From: an uncultured Pelagibacteraceae bacterium
GTDB lineage: Bacteria > Pseudomonadota > Alphaproteobacteria > Pelagibacterales > AG-422-B15
DNA length: 64,000 nucleotides
Direction: 5' to 3'
Assembly: GCA_902564025.1 (NCBI GenBank)
Contig: CACEZK010000003.1
Coordinates: 6,740 to 70,739, forward strand
Part shown: positions 26,650 through 36,379 of the stretch, one piece after another
How positions within the stretch are numbered: the first letter of the stretch is position 1
Layout of the letters: every line of letters begins with the position of its first letter
Program-made: the position numbers and the translations under genes
Notes under the pieces: generated by a model
What the model was told of the DNA's origin: nothing
The model's input: only the letters and a program-made list of their open reading frames with translations
Databases searched by the model: none

Positions 26650-27763
26650 CTAAGTTACTTAAAATTTTAGTCTCAATTATTTCAATGTCAAAAGCTTCGA
26701 GGCCAATAAATTTCCACTCTGTATTAGTAAGGAGTATCATTTTTTTTACCCCAATTTCAGATAAAATTTGCGCACCCATTCCATAAATTCGCAATTCATC
26801 GCTACTAGATTGATATTGGATATCTGTGTTTGATTGTTTGGTGATCAAGCTATTAATTATAGATCTGCCAGTGTCCCTTATTAAAATAATTACACCTCTT
26901 TTTTCTTTTTCTATTAACTTAACTGCCTTATGTAAGGATGCATCATCGCTTCCATAATTACCAAATAAATTATCGAAGTAATCTGTAACATGTACTCTAA
27001 CTAAAATTGGTTCACCATCACTCACATTTCCTTTAGATAAAACAATTTGTTCAGTGCCATCGTATTGAGTCTCATATATTTTTATGTTAAATTTTTCTCC
27101 TGTTGCTAAGTTTATTTCTGAGTCATAGGATTTTTTAATGAACTTATCTTTGTCTCTTCTGTGAGAGATTAAATCTACAATTCTACCAATTTTGATATTA
27201 TGTTTTTTTGAAAATTCTATTAGATCAGGAACTCTCGCCATAGTGCCATCATCATTCATAATTTCACAGATAACACCAGCGGGCGTGTGACCACTTAGCC
27301 TAGCTAAATCAACTGAAGCTTCAGTATGCCCAGCTCTCATTAATACGCCACCGTCTTTAGCAACCAGAGGAAAGACATGCCCTGGACTTATTAAGTCGTT
27401 CTTTGTCCTTTTCGGATCAATTGCAGTTTGTATTGTTACAGCTCTATCTTGTGCAGATATACCGGTTGTAACACCTTCTTTCGCCTCAATGGATATTGTA
27501 AATGCTGTTGAGTCCCGCGCATCATTATTTTGTGACATTAAAGACAAACCGAGCTCCTTTACTCGATCCTCAGTTAAGGATAGGCAAATTAAACCTCTTC
27601 CATGCTTTGCCATAAAATTTATCGCTTCATGGTCAACTTTTGCTGCAGGAACAATTAAGTCACCTTCATTTTCACGATTTTCATCATCAACCATGATTAC
27701 CATTTTACCTAATCTTTGGTCTTCAATGATTTCCTCAATGGATGATATAAATTCATTATTCAT
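26642..27763 (-). CDS. ribB: 3,4-dihydroxy-2-butanone-4-phosphate synthase fused to a degenerate GTP cyclohydrolase II-like domain (RibBX type)
   Basis: The N-terminal half has DENRENEGDL and RAGHTE (DHBPS). The C-terminal half aligns to RibA (YGMGAQIL..VKKMILLTN) but has no Cys where the RibA zinc ligands lie. I start at the internal MNNEF (track start 27820). Confidence 0.85.
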   Translation of the reverse strand: MNNEFISSIEEIIEDQRLGKMVIMVDDENRENEGDLIVPAAKVDHEAINFMAKHGRGLICLSLTEDRVKELGLSLMSQNNDARDSTAFTISIEAKEGVTTGISAQDRAVTIQTAIDPKRTKNDLISPGHVFPLVAKDGGVLMRAGHTEASVDLARLSGHTPAGVICEIMNDDGTMARVPDLIEFSKKHNIKIGRIVDLISHRRDKDKFIKKSYDSEINLATGEKFNIKIYETQYDGTEQIVLSKGNVSDGEPILVRVHVTDYFDNLFGNYGSDDASLHKAVKLIEKEKRGVIILIRDTGRSIINSLITKQSNTDIQYQSSSDELRIYGMGAQILSEIGVKKMILLTNTEWKFIGLEAFDIEIIETKILSNLDE

Positions 27764-27776
27764 AAATAATATGCTT

Positions 27777-28367
27777 CTAAAGACTTTGCGTAACATATCT
27801 TGCCAGCATATCAACTTCAAGATTTATTCGATTACCTATTTTTAATTTGTGTAAGTTAGTTCTATTCCATGTATAGGGTATGATATTTAGACTAATTACA
27901 TCTCTTTTTATATTATTAATTGTCAAAGAAATACCATTTATCGAAATAGAACCTTTTTTAGCAACAAGTTTTCTTACTTTTTTTGAAATTTTGAATTTTA
28001 ACTCATATGAGCCACCAATTTTTTTTGAGGAAATTAATACAGCAGTTTCATCTACGTGTCCGAAAACAAAATGTCCACTAATTTCATCGCCAACTTTGAG
28101 TGATTTTTCGATATTAATCAAATCACCTATTTTTAATTGATCAAAATTTGTACAGCCTACTGTTTCCTTTGAAACGTCAAAACTAAGTTTTGTCTTTTTT
28201 GTTAATTTTTTCTTTGATATAACAGTTAAACATACCCCATTACAACAAACAGAACTTCCTTTTTTTATATCTTTGAATTTAAGATCAGTATCAAGTATAA
28301 GCCTATAGTCTTTATATTTTTTAAACTCTTTTACAATACCTGTATTTTCTATAATTCCTGAAAACAT
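27777..28367 (-). CDS. ribE: Riboflavin synthase (alpha chain)
   Basis: MFSGIIE N-terminus; two lumazine-binding repeats (GDLINIE / GNRINLE). Confidence 0.92.
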   Translation of the reverse strand: MFSGIIENTGIVKEFKKYKDYRLILDTDLKFKDIKKGSSVCCNGVCLTVISKKKLTKKTKLSFDVSKETVGCTNFDQLKIGDLINIEKSLKVGDEISGHFVFGHVDETAVLISSKKIGGSYELKFKISKKVRKLVAKKGSISINGISLTINNIKRDVISLNIIPYTWNRTNLHKLKIGNRINLEVDMLARYVTQSL

Positions 28368-28370
28368 AAA

Positions 28371-29456
28371 TTATTTTTTTTTGTAAATAGATAATTGATC
28401 ATTATCAATTGTTTTTGTGTTAATTAAATTAAATTTTTTTAAATGGTCAACTTTGTTTATATTTAAATTTGAGATAGCATTTATACCATTATTTCCCATA
28501 ATTTTACTTGCCCTAAACCAAAAAATTTCATCAATTAAATTTTCGTTTAAAAGTGAAGCAGACAATTTAGCACCTCCTTCAACCAATATTCTCATATATC
28601 CCAGTTGAGAAACTGTTTTGATGACAGTTTTTATATCTAACTTGTTGTTAACCTCTTTGATTTTTATATACTTTATATTCTTAGATTTAAGAATTCTTTT
28701 TTTTACTTTGTCTGAATAAAAAACATAAATTTTGCGATTTTTTTTACCAAAGATTTTTAAATTTTTCTTTAAATTAAGTTTTCTATCTAGAACAAAGATA
28801 TCAGGAGATAAATTACCCAACCCTTCAAGCCGACAATCTAATATAGGATTATCTTTTCTAATTGTGCCAGTTCCTACAATCATACATTCATTTAAAGAAC
28901 GTAATTGATGACCGACCATTCTCGAAGTTGAATTAGTAATCCATTTACTCTCGTATTGATTTGTTGCAATTTTTCCATCAGCTGTTGATGCAATTTTGAG
29001 TGTAATGAATGGCTTATTATCTCTAATAGAGTTAAAAAAAATATTATTTAATTCTTTTAATTCGCTGCTAAAATTTTTAATTACTACCTCAATGCCAGCT
29101 GATCTTAGTTTCTTTACTGAATTGCTGTTTACCAGAGGATTTTTATCTATTTGCGAGATAATAACTTTTGAAAATTTTAACTCTATGATTTTGTTGACAC
29201 ATGGTGCTGTTTTGCCTTTATGTGAACATGGTTCAAGTGTGCAATATAAATGGGCGTCTTTAATGTCTTTCTTGTTTTTAATTTGATTTATTGCGTGAAT
29301 CTCAGCGTGAGGGGTACCTGCTGGCTGGGTCCAACCCCTTGACATAATTAAACCATTCTTGACAATTATTGCACCAACAGGAGGATTTGGATATGTAGAT
29401 CCAACAGCTCTGAGTGCCATTCTCTCTGTAATTCTAAGGTAATTTTTTTCACTCAA
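28371..29456 (-). CDS. ribD: Bifunctional riboflavin deaminase/reductase
   Basis: HAEIHA and TLEPCSH..APC deaminase zinc motif; C-terminal reductase domain. Confidence 0.92.
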   Translation of the reverse strand: MSEKNYLRITERMALRAVGSTYPNPPVGAIIVKNGLIMSRGWTQPAGTPHAEIHAINQIKNKKDIKDAHLYCTLEPCSHKGKTAPCVNKIIELKFSKVIISQIDKNPLVNSNSVKKLRSAGIEVVIKNFSSELKELNNIFFNSIRDNKPFITLKIASTADGKIATNQYESKWITNSTSRMVGHQLRSLNECMIVGTGTIRKDNPILDCRLEGLGNLSPDIFVLDRKLNLKKNLKIFGKKNRKIYVFYSDKVKKRILKSKNIKYIKIKEVNNKLDIKTVIKTVSQLGYMRILVEGGAKLSASLLNENLIDEIFWFRASKIMGNNGINAISNLNINKVDHLKKFNLINTKTIDNDQLSIYKKK

Positions 29457-29464
29457 GTTTTAAC

Positions 29465-29923
29465 CTATTCTTCGGTCGAAGAAATCACACCTAAAAACTC
29501 TTCAAAATCTTTTGCCTCACGGAAATTTTTATAGACTGACGCAAATCGAACGTAGGCTACTGAGTCAATGCTTTGCAATCCCTCCATAACAATTTCACCT
29601 ATTACGTCTGATGAAACTTCTGTTTCACCAAGACTTTCAACTCTTCTTACAATACCACTGATCATTCTATCAACCCTCTCATTATCAACGGGTCTTTTTC
29701 TTAGGGCTATTTGTACTGATCTTTCCAGTTTGTCACGATCAAATGGTACTTTTTTTCCAGATTTTTTATGAACAGTCAGTTCCCGTAATTGAATACGTTC
29801 AAATGTTGTAAAGCGTGCTCCGCAAGCTGAACAAAATCTTCTTCTTCTTATCGCAGAATTATCTTCTGTGGCACGAGAATCTTTAACTTGAGTATCATTA
29901 TTCCCACAAAATGGACATTTCAT
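29465..29923 (-). CDS. nrdR: Transcriptional repressor NrdR
   Basis: MKCPFCG...[12 protein letters not shown] zinc ribbon plus ATP-cone. Confidence 0.95.
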   Translation of the reverse strand: MKCPFCGNNDTQVKDSRATEDNSAIRRRRFCSACGARFTTFERIQLRELTVHKKSGKKVPFDRDKLERSVQIALRKRPVDNERVDRMISGIVRRVESLGETEVSSDVIGEIVMEGLQSIDSVAYVRFASVYKNFREAKDFEEFLGVISSTEE

Positions 29924-29931
29924 ATTATCAC

Positions 29932-31194
29932 CTAGTTATAAATCGGAAAATGATTGCAGAGATTTATGACTTTCTCTTTTACTATTTTTTCAACTTCGCT
30001 ATTACCATCCGGGTTTTGTTTTAAGCCCGATAAAGTTTCAAGTATTAGATTCCCAACAGTTTCAAATTCCTTTTCCTTAAAACCTCTTGTGGTTGCTGCT
30101 GGAGTTCCTAATCTGATTCCTGATGTTATTTTTGGAGGCTTTGGATCTTTTGGTATTCCATTTTTATTGCATGTAATGTGCGCTTCCTCAAGACTTGTTG
30201 AAGCAGCATCACCTGTCAGGTCCATTGGAGTTAAATCGACCAGTATTAGATGCGTATCTGTGCCGCCAGAAACAATTTTGAGGCCACCATCTACTAGAGT
30301 CTGACTAAGAATTTGAGCATTTTTAATAACTTGTTTTATGTATTCCTTGAATTCTGGTTTTAGAGCTTCACCAAAGGCAACAGCCTTACCTGCTATTACA
30401 TGCATTAAGGGTCCACCTTGATATCCTGGGAAAACAGCTGAATTAAATTTTTTGCCTAAGTCTGTATTATTTGAGAGTATCATGCCACCTCTAGCACCTC
30501 TTATAGTTTTGTGTGTAGTTGAAGTTACAACATCTGCAAACTCTAGAGGGTTCGGATACTCCTCAGCTGCTACTAGGCCTGAAAAGTGAGCCATATCTAC
30601 ATGCAGATATGCCCCCACCAAGTCACAAATTTCACGAAATCTCTTGAAGTCAATTATTCTTGAGTAAGCACTTCCTCCTGCAATTATTATCTTTGGCTTA
30701 TGTTCTTTCGCAAGCGCTTCAACTTCATCATAATCAATTAGTCCTTCATCATCTAAACCATACTGAACTGCATTGAACCATTTTCCCGACATAGAAGGAG
30801 CTGATCCATGAGTTAAATGTCCTCCGGCATCTAAACTCATACCTAAAATAGTATCTCCTGGTTTTATAAGAGCTAACATGACCGCACCATTAGCCTGTGC
30901 TCCTGAATGAGGTTGAACATTAGCGAATTCACATTTATATAATTTTTTTAATCTTTGTATTGCTAGGTCTTCAGCAATATCAACAAATTCACAACCTCCA
31001 TAATAGCGAGCTGCAGCATACCCTTCTGCATATTTATTTGTTAATACAGATCCTTGAGCTTCTAAAACAGCTTTTGAAACTATATTTTCAGAAGCAATTA
31101 ACTCAATTTGATTTTGTTGTCTTGAAAGTTCTTTGTGTATTGCTTCATGAATTTCGTTATCGATTTCTTGAAGTGGAGATGAAAAAAAAGTCAT
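29932..31194 (-). CDS. glyA: Serine hydroxymethyltransferase
   Basis: [18 protein letters not shown] (PLP Lys); 420 aa. Confidence 0.96.
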   Translation of the reverse strand: MTFFSSPLQEIDNEIHEAIHKELSRQQNQIELIASENIVSKAVLEAQGSVLTNKYAEGYAAARYYGGCEFVDIAEDLAIQRLKKLYKCEFANVQPHSGAQANGAVMLALIKPGDTILGMSLDAGGHLTHGSAPSMSGKWFNAVQYGLDDEGLIDYDEVEALAKEHKPKIIIAGGSAYSRIIDFKRFREICDLVGAYLHVDMAHFSGLVAAEEYPNPLEFADVVTSTTHKTIRGARGGMILSNNTDLGKKFNSAVFPGYQGGPLMHVIAGKAVAFGEALKPEFKEYIKQVIKNAQILSQTLVDGGLKIVSGGTDTHLILVDLTPMDLTGDAASTSLEEAHITCNKNGIPKDPKPPKITSGIRLGTPAATTRGFKEKEFETVGNLILETLSGLKQNPDGNSEVEKIVKEKVINLCNHFPIYN

Positions 31195-31198
31195 ATAA

Positions 31199-31636
31199 TT
31201 ATCCTATTTTATTTATTCTAGCAGTATGTCGGCTACCCTCAAAGTCCGTATTTAAAAATGTTTCAACAAGACTTAAGGCTGTAGCTTCATCTATAACACG
31301 CGCGCCTAAAGTCAAAATATTTGCATCATTATGTTCTCTGGCTAATTTTGTAACTTCACTGTTATAACAAAGAGCAGCTCTAATCCCAGGTTTTTTATTT
31401 GCTGCCATTGCCATTCCTTGGCCAGTTCCACAGACTAATACACCCTTGTGAGCTATTTCATTTAAAATGTCATTTGTGACTTTTGAAGCGAAGTCAGGAT
31501 AATCAACTGGATCTTTCTTCTCTGGCCCTCTATCAATTACATCAACACCACAATCTATTAGACGCTTTATTATTTGATCTTTTAGATCAAAGCCTGCATG
31601 GTCTGAAGCAATAGATACTTTGGTTTGTTCACTCAT
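31199..31636 (-). CDS. rpiB: Ribose-5-phosphate isomerase B
   Basis: [26 protein letters not shown]; RpiB/LacAB family. Confidence 0.9.
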   Translation of the reverse strand: MSEQTKVSIASDHAGFDLKDQIIKRLIDCGVDVIDRGPEKKDPVDYPDFASKVTNDILNEIAHKGVLVCGTGQGMAMAANKKPGIRAALCYNSEVTKLAREHNDANILTLGARVIDEATALSLVETFLNTDFEGSRHTARINKIG

Positions 31637-31691
31637 ATAGGATATTATTAAACTAATTATACTAAATATTGTATATAAAAAAATACAATTA

Positions 31692-32441
31692 TTAATTCCA
31701 AAGAAACTTTTTTTGCAAGACCTTTTTAAGCGTAATAGGTTTATCAGTCATTATGCCATCAACATTTATATCTATTAGATCTATCATCTGTTTTTCGTCA
31801 TTAATTGTCCAAACATGTATTTTTTTTCCAAGACTATGAACATGCTCGACTAGATCACTAGTAACAATTCTAAAGCCCATATATGTCATAGGTATTTGAA
31901 GACATGGAATACTATTATCATAAAAAGAAAAAAATCTATTAAGAAAAAATAATATGGTCTCACTCTTAGTCATTGATGAACATAGATTATCTTTAAACTC
32001 ATTTCTCAAAATATCTATCTTAGTATTACTAAATGAACCAATACATATCCCATCAATATTTTTCATAGATTTTAATTTATCTTTCAATAAGTATGCAGAC
32101 TCTAGACTTTTGGGTTCAATATTAAAATTTATCTCAGGCCAAGAAGATAAGGCCTCGTCAAGTAATGGGATTGTATGTGTCTTAAAAATTTTTATATTTT
32201 TTAATTCTTCATAATTTAAATTTTCTATTTTTGCATCTACGCCAAGGATTCTTTTTAAATCTGGATCATGAAATATTATTAACTTATTATCTTTTGTATG
32301 CCTCACATCTGTTTCGATGTGCCGATATCCTAAATTAATTGAATTATTGAATGCATCTAAAGTATTTTCACAAAAATCATAGGAACCACCACGATGTGCG
32401 AATGGAATAAAATTATAATTGTCTAAAAATTTAAAAGACAT
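31692..32441 (-). CDS. Glycerophosphodiester phosphodiesterase family protein
   Basis: FAHRGGS, ETDVRHTKDNKLIIFHD and VWTIN are GDPD motifs. Confidence 0.8.
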   Translation of the reverse strand: MSFKFLDNYNFIPFAHRGGSYDFCENTLDAFNNSINLGYRHIETDVRHTKDNKLIIFHDPDLKRILGVDAKIENLNYEELKNIKIFKTHTIPLLDEALSSWPEINFNIEPKSLESAYLLKDKLKSMKNIDGICIGSFSNTKIDILRNEFKDNLCSSMTKSETILFFLNRFFSFYDNSIPCLQIPMTYMGFRIVTSDLVEHVHSLGKKIHVWTINDEKQMIDLIDINVDGIMTDKPITLKKVLQKKFLWN

Positions 32442-32455
32442 ATATATACTTAATT

Positions 32456-33223
32456 ATGTTACTTAATTTTATAACTATATTAGGCTTCAATTTTATCGTC
32501 ATCACTATTTTGTGGATATCATCCCTTAAAACTAGAAGAGCAGATTTTATTGATATTTACTGGGGTCCTAGTTTCTTTTTTTCATTTCTGTTGGCTCTGG
32601 TAATAAATAATTCATTTTCTGTTACTGAAATAATATGCTTATTTCTAATAACAATATGGGGTTTCAGACTTGGTATCTATCTTTTAATTAGAAATGTTAA
32701 TAAGACTGAGGATATTAGATATGTTAAAATTAGAGAAGCTAGAGGAGATATTGGTCTTTATTTAACAGCTTACCTAATCCAAATAATTTTAATTCCAATT
32801 ATATCATTGCCCCTGATCAGCATTTTAGACACTAGTATTGATCTAAGTTTTGTCCATTGGGTAAGTATATTGATTGCACTTTCAGGAATTCTTATTGAAA
32901 CAATAGCTGATATACAATTATCCAAATTTAAATTAGATCAAAATAATATTAATAAAGTTATGGATAAAGGGCTTTGGTATTATTCAAGACACCCTAATTA
33001 TTTCGGGGATAGTCTATTTTGGTGGGGTATTACAATTTACTGTTTTGCATTATCCAATAATTTATTAATTTTTATTGCTCCAATAATAATGACTTACTTA
33101 TTACTTAGGGTTTCTGGTGTGACTATGTTAGAAAATAGATTATCAAAAAAGAAGGATGGTTATACTGAGTATATAAACTCTACTAGCTCTTTTATAATAT
33201 TGCCAAAGAAAAAATCTAAATGA
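32456..33223 (+). CDS. DUF1295 / steroid 5-alpha-reductase-like membrane protein
   Basis: Polytopic protein with GLWYYSRHPNYFGD. 4-nt overlap with hemB. Confidence 0.7.
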   Translation: MLLNFITILGFNFIVITILWISSLKTRRADFIDIYWGPSFFFSFLLALVINNSFSVTEIICLFLITIWGFRLGIYLLIRNVNKTEDIRYVKIREARGDIGLYLTAYLIQIILIPIISLPLISILDTSIDLSFVHWVSILIALSGILIETIADIQLSKFKLDQNNINKVMDKGLWYYSRHPNYFGDSLFWWGITIYCFALSNNLLIFIAPIIMTYLLLRVSGVTMLENRLSKKKDGYTEYINSTSSFIILPKKKSK

Positions 33224-34227
33224 GTGTATCAGAACTTAAATATCCAAAAAATAGGTTGCGACGAACTCGTCAAGCTAAATGGATTAGAAACCTTACTCAA
33301 GAAAGTATGCTTAGTTCAAACGATTTAGTATGGCCAGTTTTTGTATGTGAAGGAAACAATATCAAAGATGAAATTCAATCAATGCCTAATGTTTATAGGT
33401 ATTCGATAGACAATTTAAATGAGGTCTATGATATTGCTAGTGAGCATAAAATAAATCTTATAGCTGTATTTCCGTTCACACCTCAGGAGCTAAAAACAAA
33501 ATATGGAGATGAAGCACTAAATCCAGATAATTTAGTTTGTAGGTCTCTTGAAAAGCTTAAAAGTCATAAGTCTGACTTTGGTATTATGTGCGATGTTGCA
33601 TTAGATCCATATACAGATCATGGCCATGATGGATTATTAAGCGATGAAGGTAAAATTCTAAACGACGAAACTAATGGTGTTTTAGTTAAACAATCTATCC
33701 TGCTTGCTGAACATGGTGCAGATATAATTGCCCCTTCAGATATGATGGATGGCAGGATTGGCATGATTAGAGACGAATTAGAAAAAAATAAATTTGTGGA
33801 TACTCTCATTTTGTCTTATGCAGCAAAATATTCATCAAGCATGTATGCGCCATTTAGAGATGCTGTTGGCTCATCCAAGAATTTAAAGACAAATAAAAAA
33901 ACTTACCAGATGAATATATTGAATTCTGATGAAGCAATCAGGGAGGCATCAATGGACATAGCTGAAGGGGCCGATATGATAATGGTAAAGCCTGGAATTA
34001 GCTATTTGGACATCATATACAGAATTAAGAATGAACTTAAGTATCCCACATTTGCCTACCAAGTTTCAGGTGAGTACTCACTCATTAAATTCGGATCACA
34101 ACAAGGTATAATTAACGAAGAAACTATCGTTATAGAACAATTGTCTTCATTCAAAAGAGCAGGAGCAGATGCAATAATTACTTATTTTGCTCCTGAAGTT
34201 TCAAAATTTTTAAAACTAATTGATTAA
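33220..34227 (+). CDS. hemB: Porphobilinogen synthase (ALA dehydratase), Asp-rich (Mg-type) metal site
   Basis: DVALDPYTDHGHDG (no Cys triad), MVKPG Schiff-base Lys, AYQVSGEY. Confidence 0.93.
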   Translation: MSVSELKYPKNRLRRTRQAKWIRNLTQESMLSSNDLVWPVFVCEGNNIKDEIQSMPNVYRYSIDNLNEVYDIASEHKINLIAVFPFTPQELKTKYGDEALNPDNLVCRSLEKLKSHKSDFGIMCDVALDPYTDHGHDGLLSDEGKILNDETNGVLVKQSILLAEHGADIIAPSDMMDGRIGMIRDELEKNKFVDTLILSYAAKYSSSMYAPFRDAVGSSKNLKTNKKTYQMNILNSDEAIREASMDIAEGADMIMVKPGISYLDIIYRIKNELKYPTFAYQVSGEYSLIKFGSQQGIINEETIVIEQLSSFKRAGADAIITYFAPEVSKFLKLID

Positions 34228-35079
34228 ACGTTTTATTAAACTTGATGTATCAAGTTTATTTCCGCCTAAATCTTGAATATCGCTATAGAATTTATCGACA
34301 ATTTTAGTCACCTCTAAATTAATGCCATGTGTATCTGCTTCAGCAAATGCAATTGAAAGATCTTTTCTCATTAAATCAACTGCAAAACCAAAGTCGAATT
34401 CTCCCGCTACCATTGATTTAAAACGATTATCCATTTGCCATGATTGTGCTGCGCCCGATGAAATTACTTCCAATACATCATCAGGGTTTAAATCGGTCTG
34501 CTTCATAAAATAAATAGACTCTGATAAGCCTTGAACTAGTCCTGCAATACAAATTTGATTAATTATTTTCGTTAGCTGACCAGATCCTGAAGCACCCATA
34601 TATTTTATTTTTTTTCCATATGATCCTAATATTTCAATACTTCTTTCATATGCCTTCTCTGAACCACCAATCATTATACTTAATTGGCCTTTTTCCGCTC
34701 CCGCTTGTCCACCTGATATTGGGGCATCAAGGAAACTAACGCCTAAATTTTCTAAGTTTTTTTCTACTTCTCTTACAATTCTTGGTGATACAGTTGAATG
34801 ATCAATGAATATTGACTTTTCTTTAAGTGAGTTTAGGCATCCTTTATCTATTGAGGTTATTTCTTTTAAATCTTCATCGTTGCCTACACATGAAATAATA
34901 AAATCATATTTTTGATTAGTTTCTGATAATTTATCAATAACTTTCCCTTTATAATTTTTGATCCAGTTATCACATTTACTTTTTGTACGATTATAAATAG
35001 AAACATCATGTTTTTTTGATAAGTAACCAGCCATTGGAGAGCCCATTTTTCCAATCCCAATAAAAAGAATGTTATACAT
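34216..35079 (-). CDS. NAD(P)-dependent 3-hydroxyisobutyrate dehydrogenase-family oxidoreductase
   Basis: FIGIGKMGSPMAGYL Rossmann motif, GSGQLTKIINQ; 6PGDH NAD-binding family. Confidence 0.8.
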   Translation of the reverse strand: MYNILFIGIGKMGSPMAGYLSKKHDVSIYNRTKSKCDNWIKNYKGKVIDKLSETNQKYDFIISCVGNDEDLKEITSIDKGCLNSLKEKSIFIDHSTVSPRIVREVEKNLENLGVSFLDAPISGGQAGAEKGQLSIMIGGSEKAYERSIEILGSYGKKIKYMGASGSGQLTKIINQICIAGLVQGLSESIYFMKQTDLNPDDVLEVISSGAAQSWQMDNRFKSMVAGEFDFGFAVDLMRKDLSIAFAEADTHGINLEVTKIVDKFYSDIQDLGGNKLDTSSLIKRLIN

Positions 35080-36361
35080 TGAAAATATCCATCATTCTTT
35101 GCATAGAGCTTATGGTTACAAGCAACGGCATCCTAAATAATCTACCTCCAGGAAAATTTTTGTGTTTAATCTTTTCAAATGCCTCGAGCTCCTTTGTTTT
35201 TTCACTTACCATATTTTCTGCTAAAATCTTTCCAGCAATTCCAGTTAATGCAACTCCATGTCCTGAGAAGCCTTGAGCATAATAAATTTTATCATTCACC
35301 ATCCCAATGTCAGGCACTCTATTCATTGTTAACGCTATTAATCCACCCCAGATATAGTCAATTTTTAATTCACTTAAATTTGGATACACTTTATTTAATT
35401 GCCTCTTGGTTCTTTTTTTTAGACCCTCAACAATCTTTAGTGAATAGCCTACTGCACCACCAAATATCATTCTCTTGCTGTCAGATAACCTATAATAATT
35501 TAAATCAAAATTTGTATCACTAACGCAATAATCGTTTGGCAGTATTTCCCTCTGTAAATTTTGACTTAATGGCTCAGTACAGACAATATAAGTAGCACAT
35601 GGCATTATTCTATTTTCAATACCTAAATTTAGACCTTTTATATAGGCGTTGCAACATACTGCTATTTTTTTAGCTTTTGTCATCCCTCTATCTGTAAGAA
35701 CCTCAACTGCATGACTTGTTTGATTAATCTTTTTAACAACAGATCTTTCATAGAGTTTTACATTTAATTTTTCTGCCGCTTTTACCAAACCCAATGCATA
35801 TTTAAGTGGATGTAAATGCCCCGCCCCTTTATCAAGGACACCCCCGTAGTAAAGTGATGAACCTATTTCTTTATCGACACTATTTTTGTCAAGGAGTTCT
35901 AAATTATTATAGTTGTATGTTTTTATTTTATACTCTCTATTTTCTTCATACTCTCTAAGTTTGGCCGCGCTAGTAGCAGCACTAATTCCCCCATTTTTTT
36001 TATCACATTCAATGTCAAATTCCCTTATTCTGTCATCAATTAAATCTACCGAAGCTTGAGATATATCCCAGATTTGCCTTGCAAGTTTAATTCCATATTT
36101 CTTCTCAATTACGTCTATACCCCATGATACGTCATTCCAGATTTGGCCTCCATTTCTGCCCGAAGCGCCCCATCCAAATACATTTTGCTCAATTACAATT
36201 ACCTTTAGTCCTTTTTTTGCAGCCTCAATAGCTGTTGATAGTCCTGAAAAGCCTCCGCCAATTACACAGATGTCACACTCATGATTATCAATTAGTTGGT
36301 CATAAGGTTTCTTTAGGGTCTCTATATTTTGTGCATAGTAACTGTCTGGATAGTTTTCCAT
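35072..36361 (-). CDS. FAD-dependent oxidoreductase (gamma-glutamylputrescine oxidase PuuB-like / DAO family)
   Basis: DICVIGGGFSGLSTAIEAAKKG FAD motif; 429 aa; overlaps the downstream dehydrogenase by 8 nt. Confidence 0.7.
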   Translation of the reverse strand: MENYPDSYYAQNIETLKKPYDQLIDNHECDICVIGGGFSGLSTAIEAAKKGLKVIVIEQNVFGWGASGRNGGQIWNDVSWGIDVIEKKYGIKLARQIWDISQASVDLIDDRIREFDIECDKKNGGISAATSAAKLREYEENREYKIKTYNYNNLELLDKNSVDKEIGSSLYYGGVLDKGAGHLHPLKYALGLVKAAEKLNVKLYERSVVKKINQTSHAVEVLTDRGMTKAKKIAVCCNAYIKGLNLGIENRIMPCATYIVCTEPLSQNLQREILPNDYCVSDTNFDLNYYRLSDSKRMIFGGAVGYSLKIVEGLKKRTKRQLNKVYPNLSELKIDYIWGGLIALTMNRVPDIGMVNDKIYYAQGFSGHGVALTGIAGKILAENMVSEKTKELEAFEKIKHKNFPGGRLFRMPLLVTISSMQRMMDIFNV

Positions 36362-36379
36362 ATAAAACTAAGATAGATA

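Noticed and set aside
31655-31685. A/T-only inverted repeat TTGTAT-N8-ATACAA between the GDPD gene and rpiB, considered as a terminator or operator
   Set aside because: A six A/T base pairs would be marginally stable. Such repeats are expected by chance in roughly 25% GC spacers.
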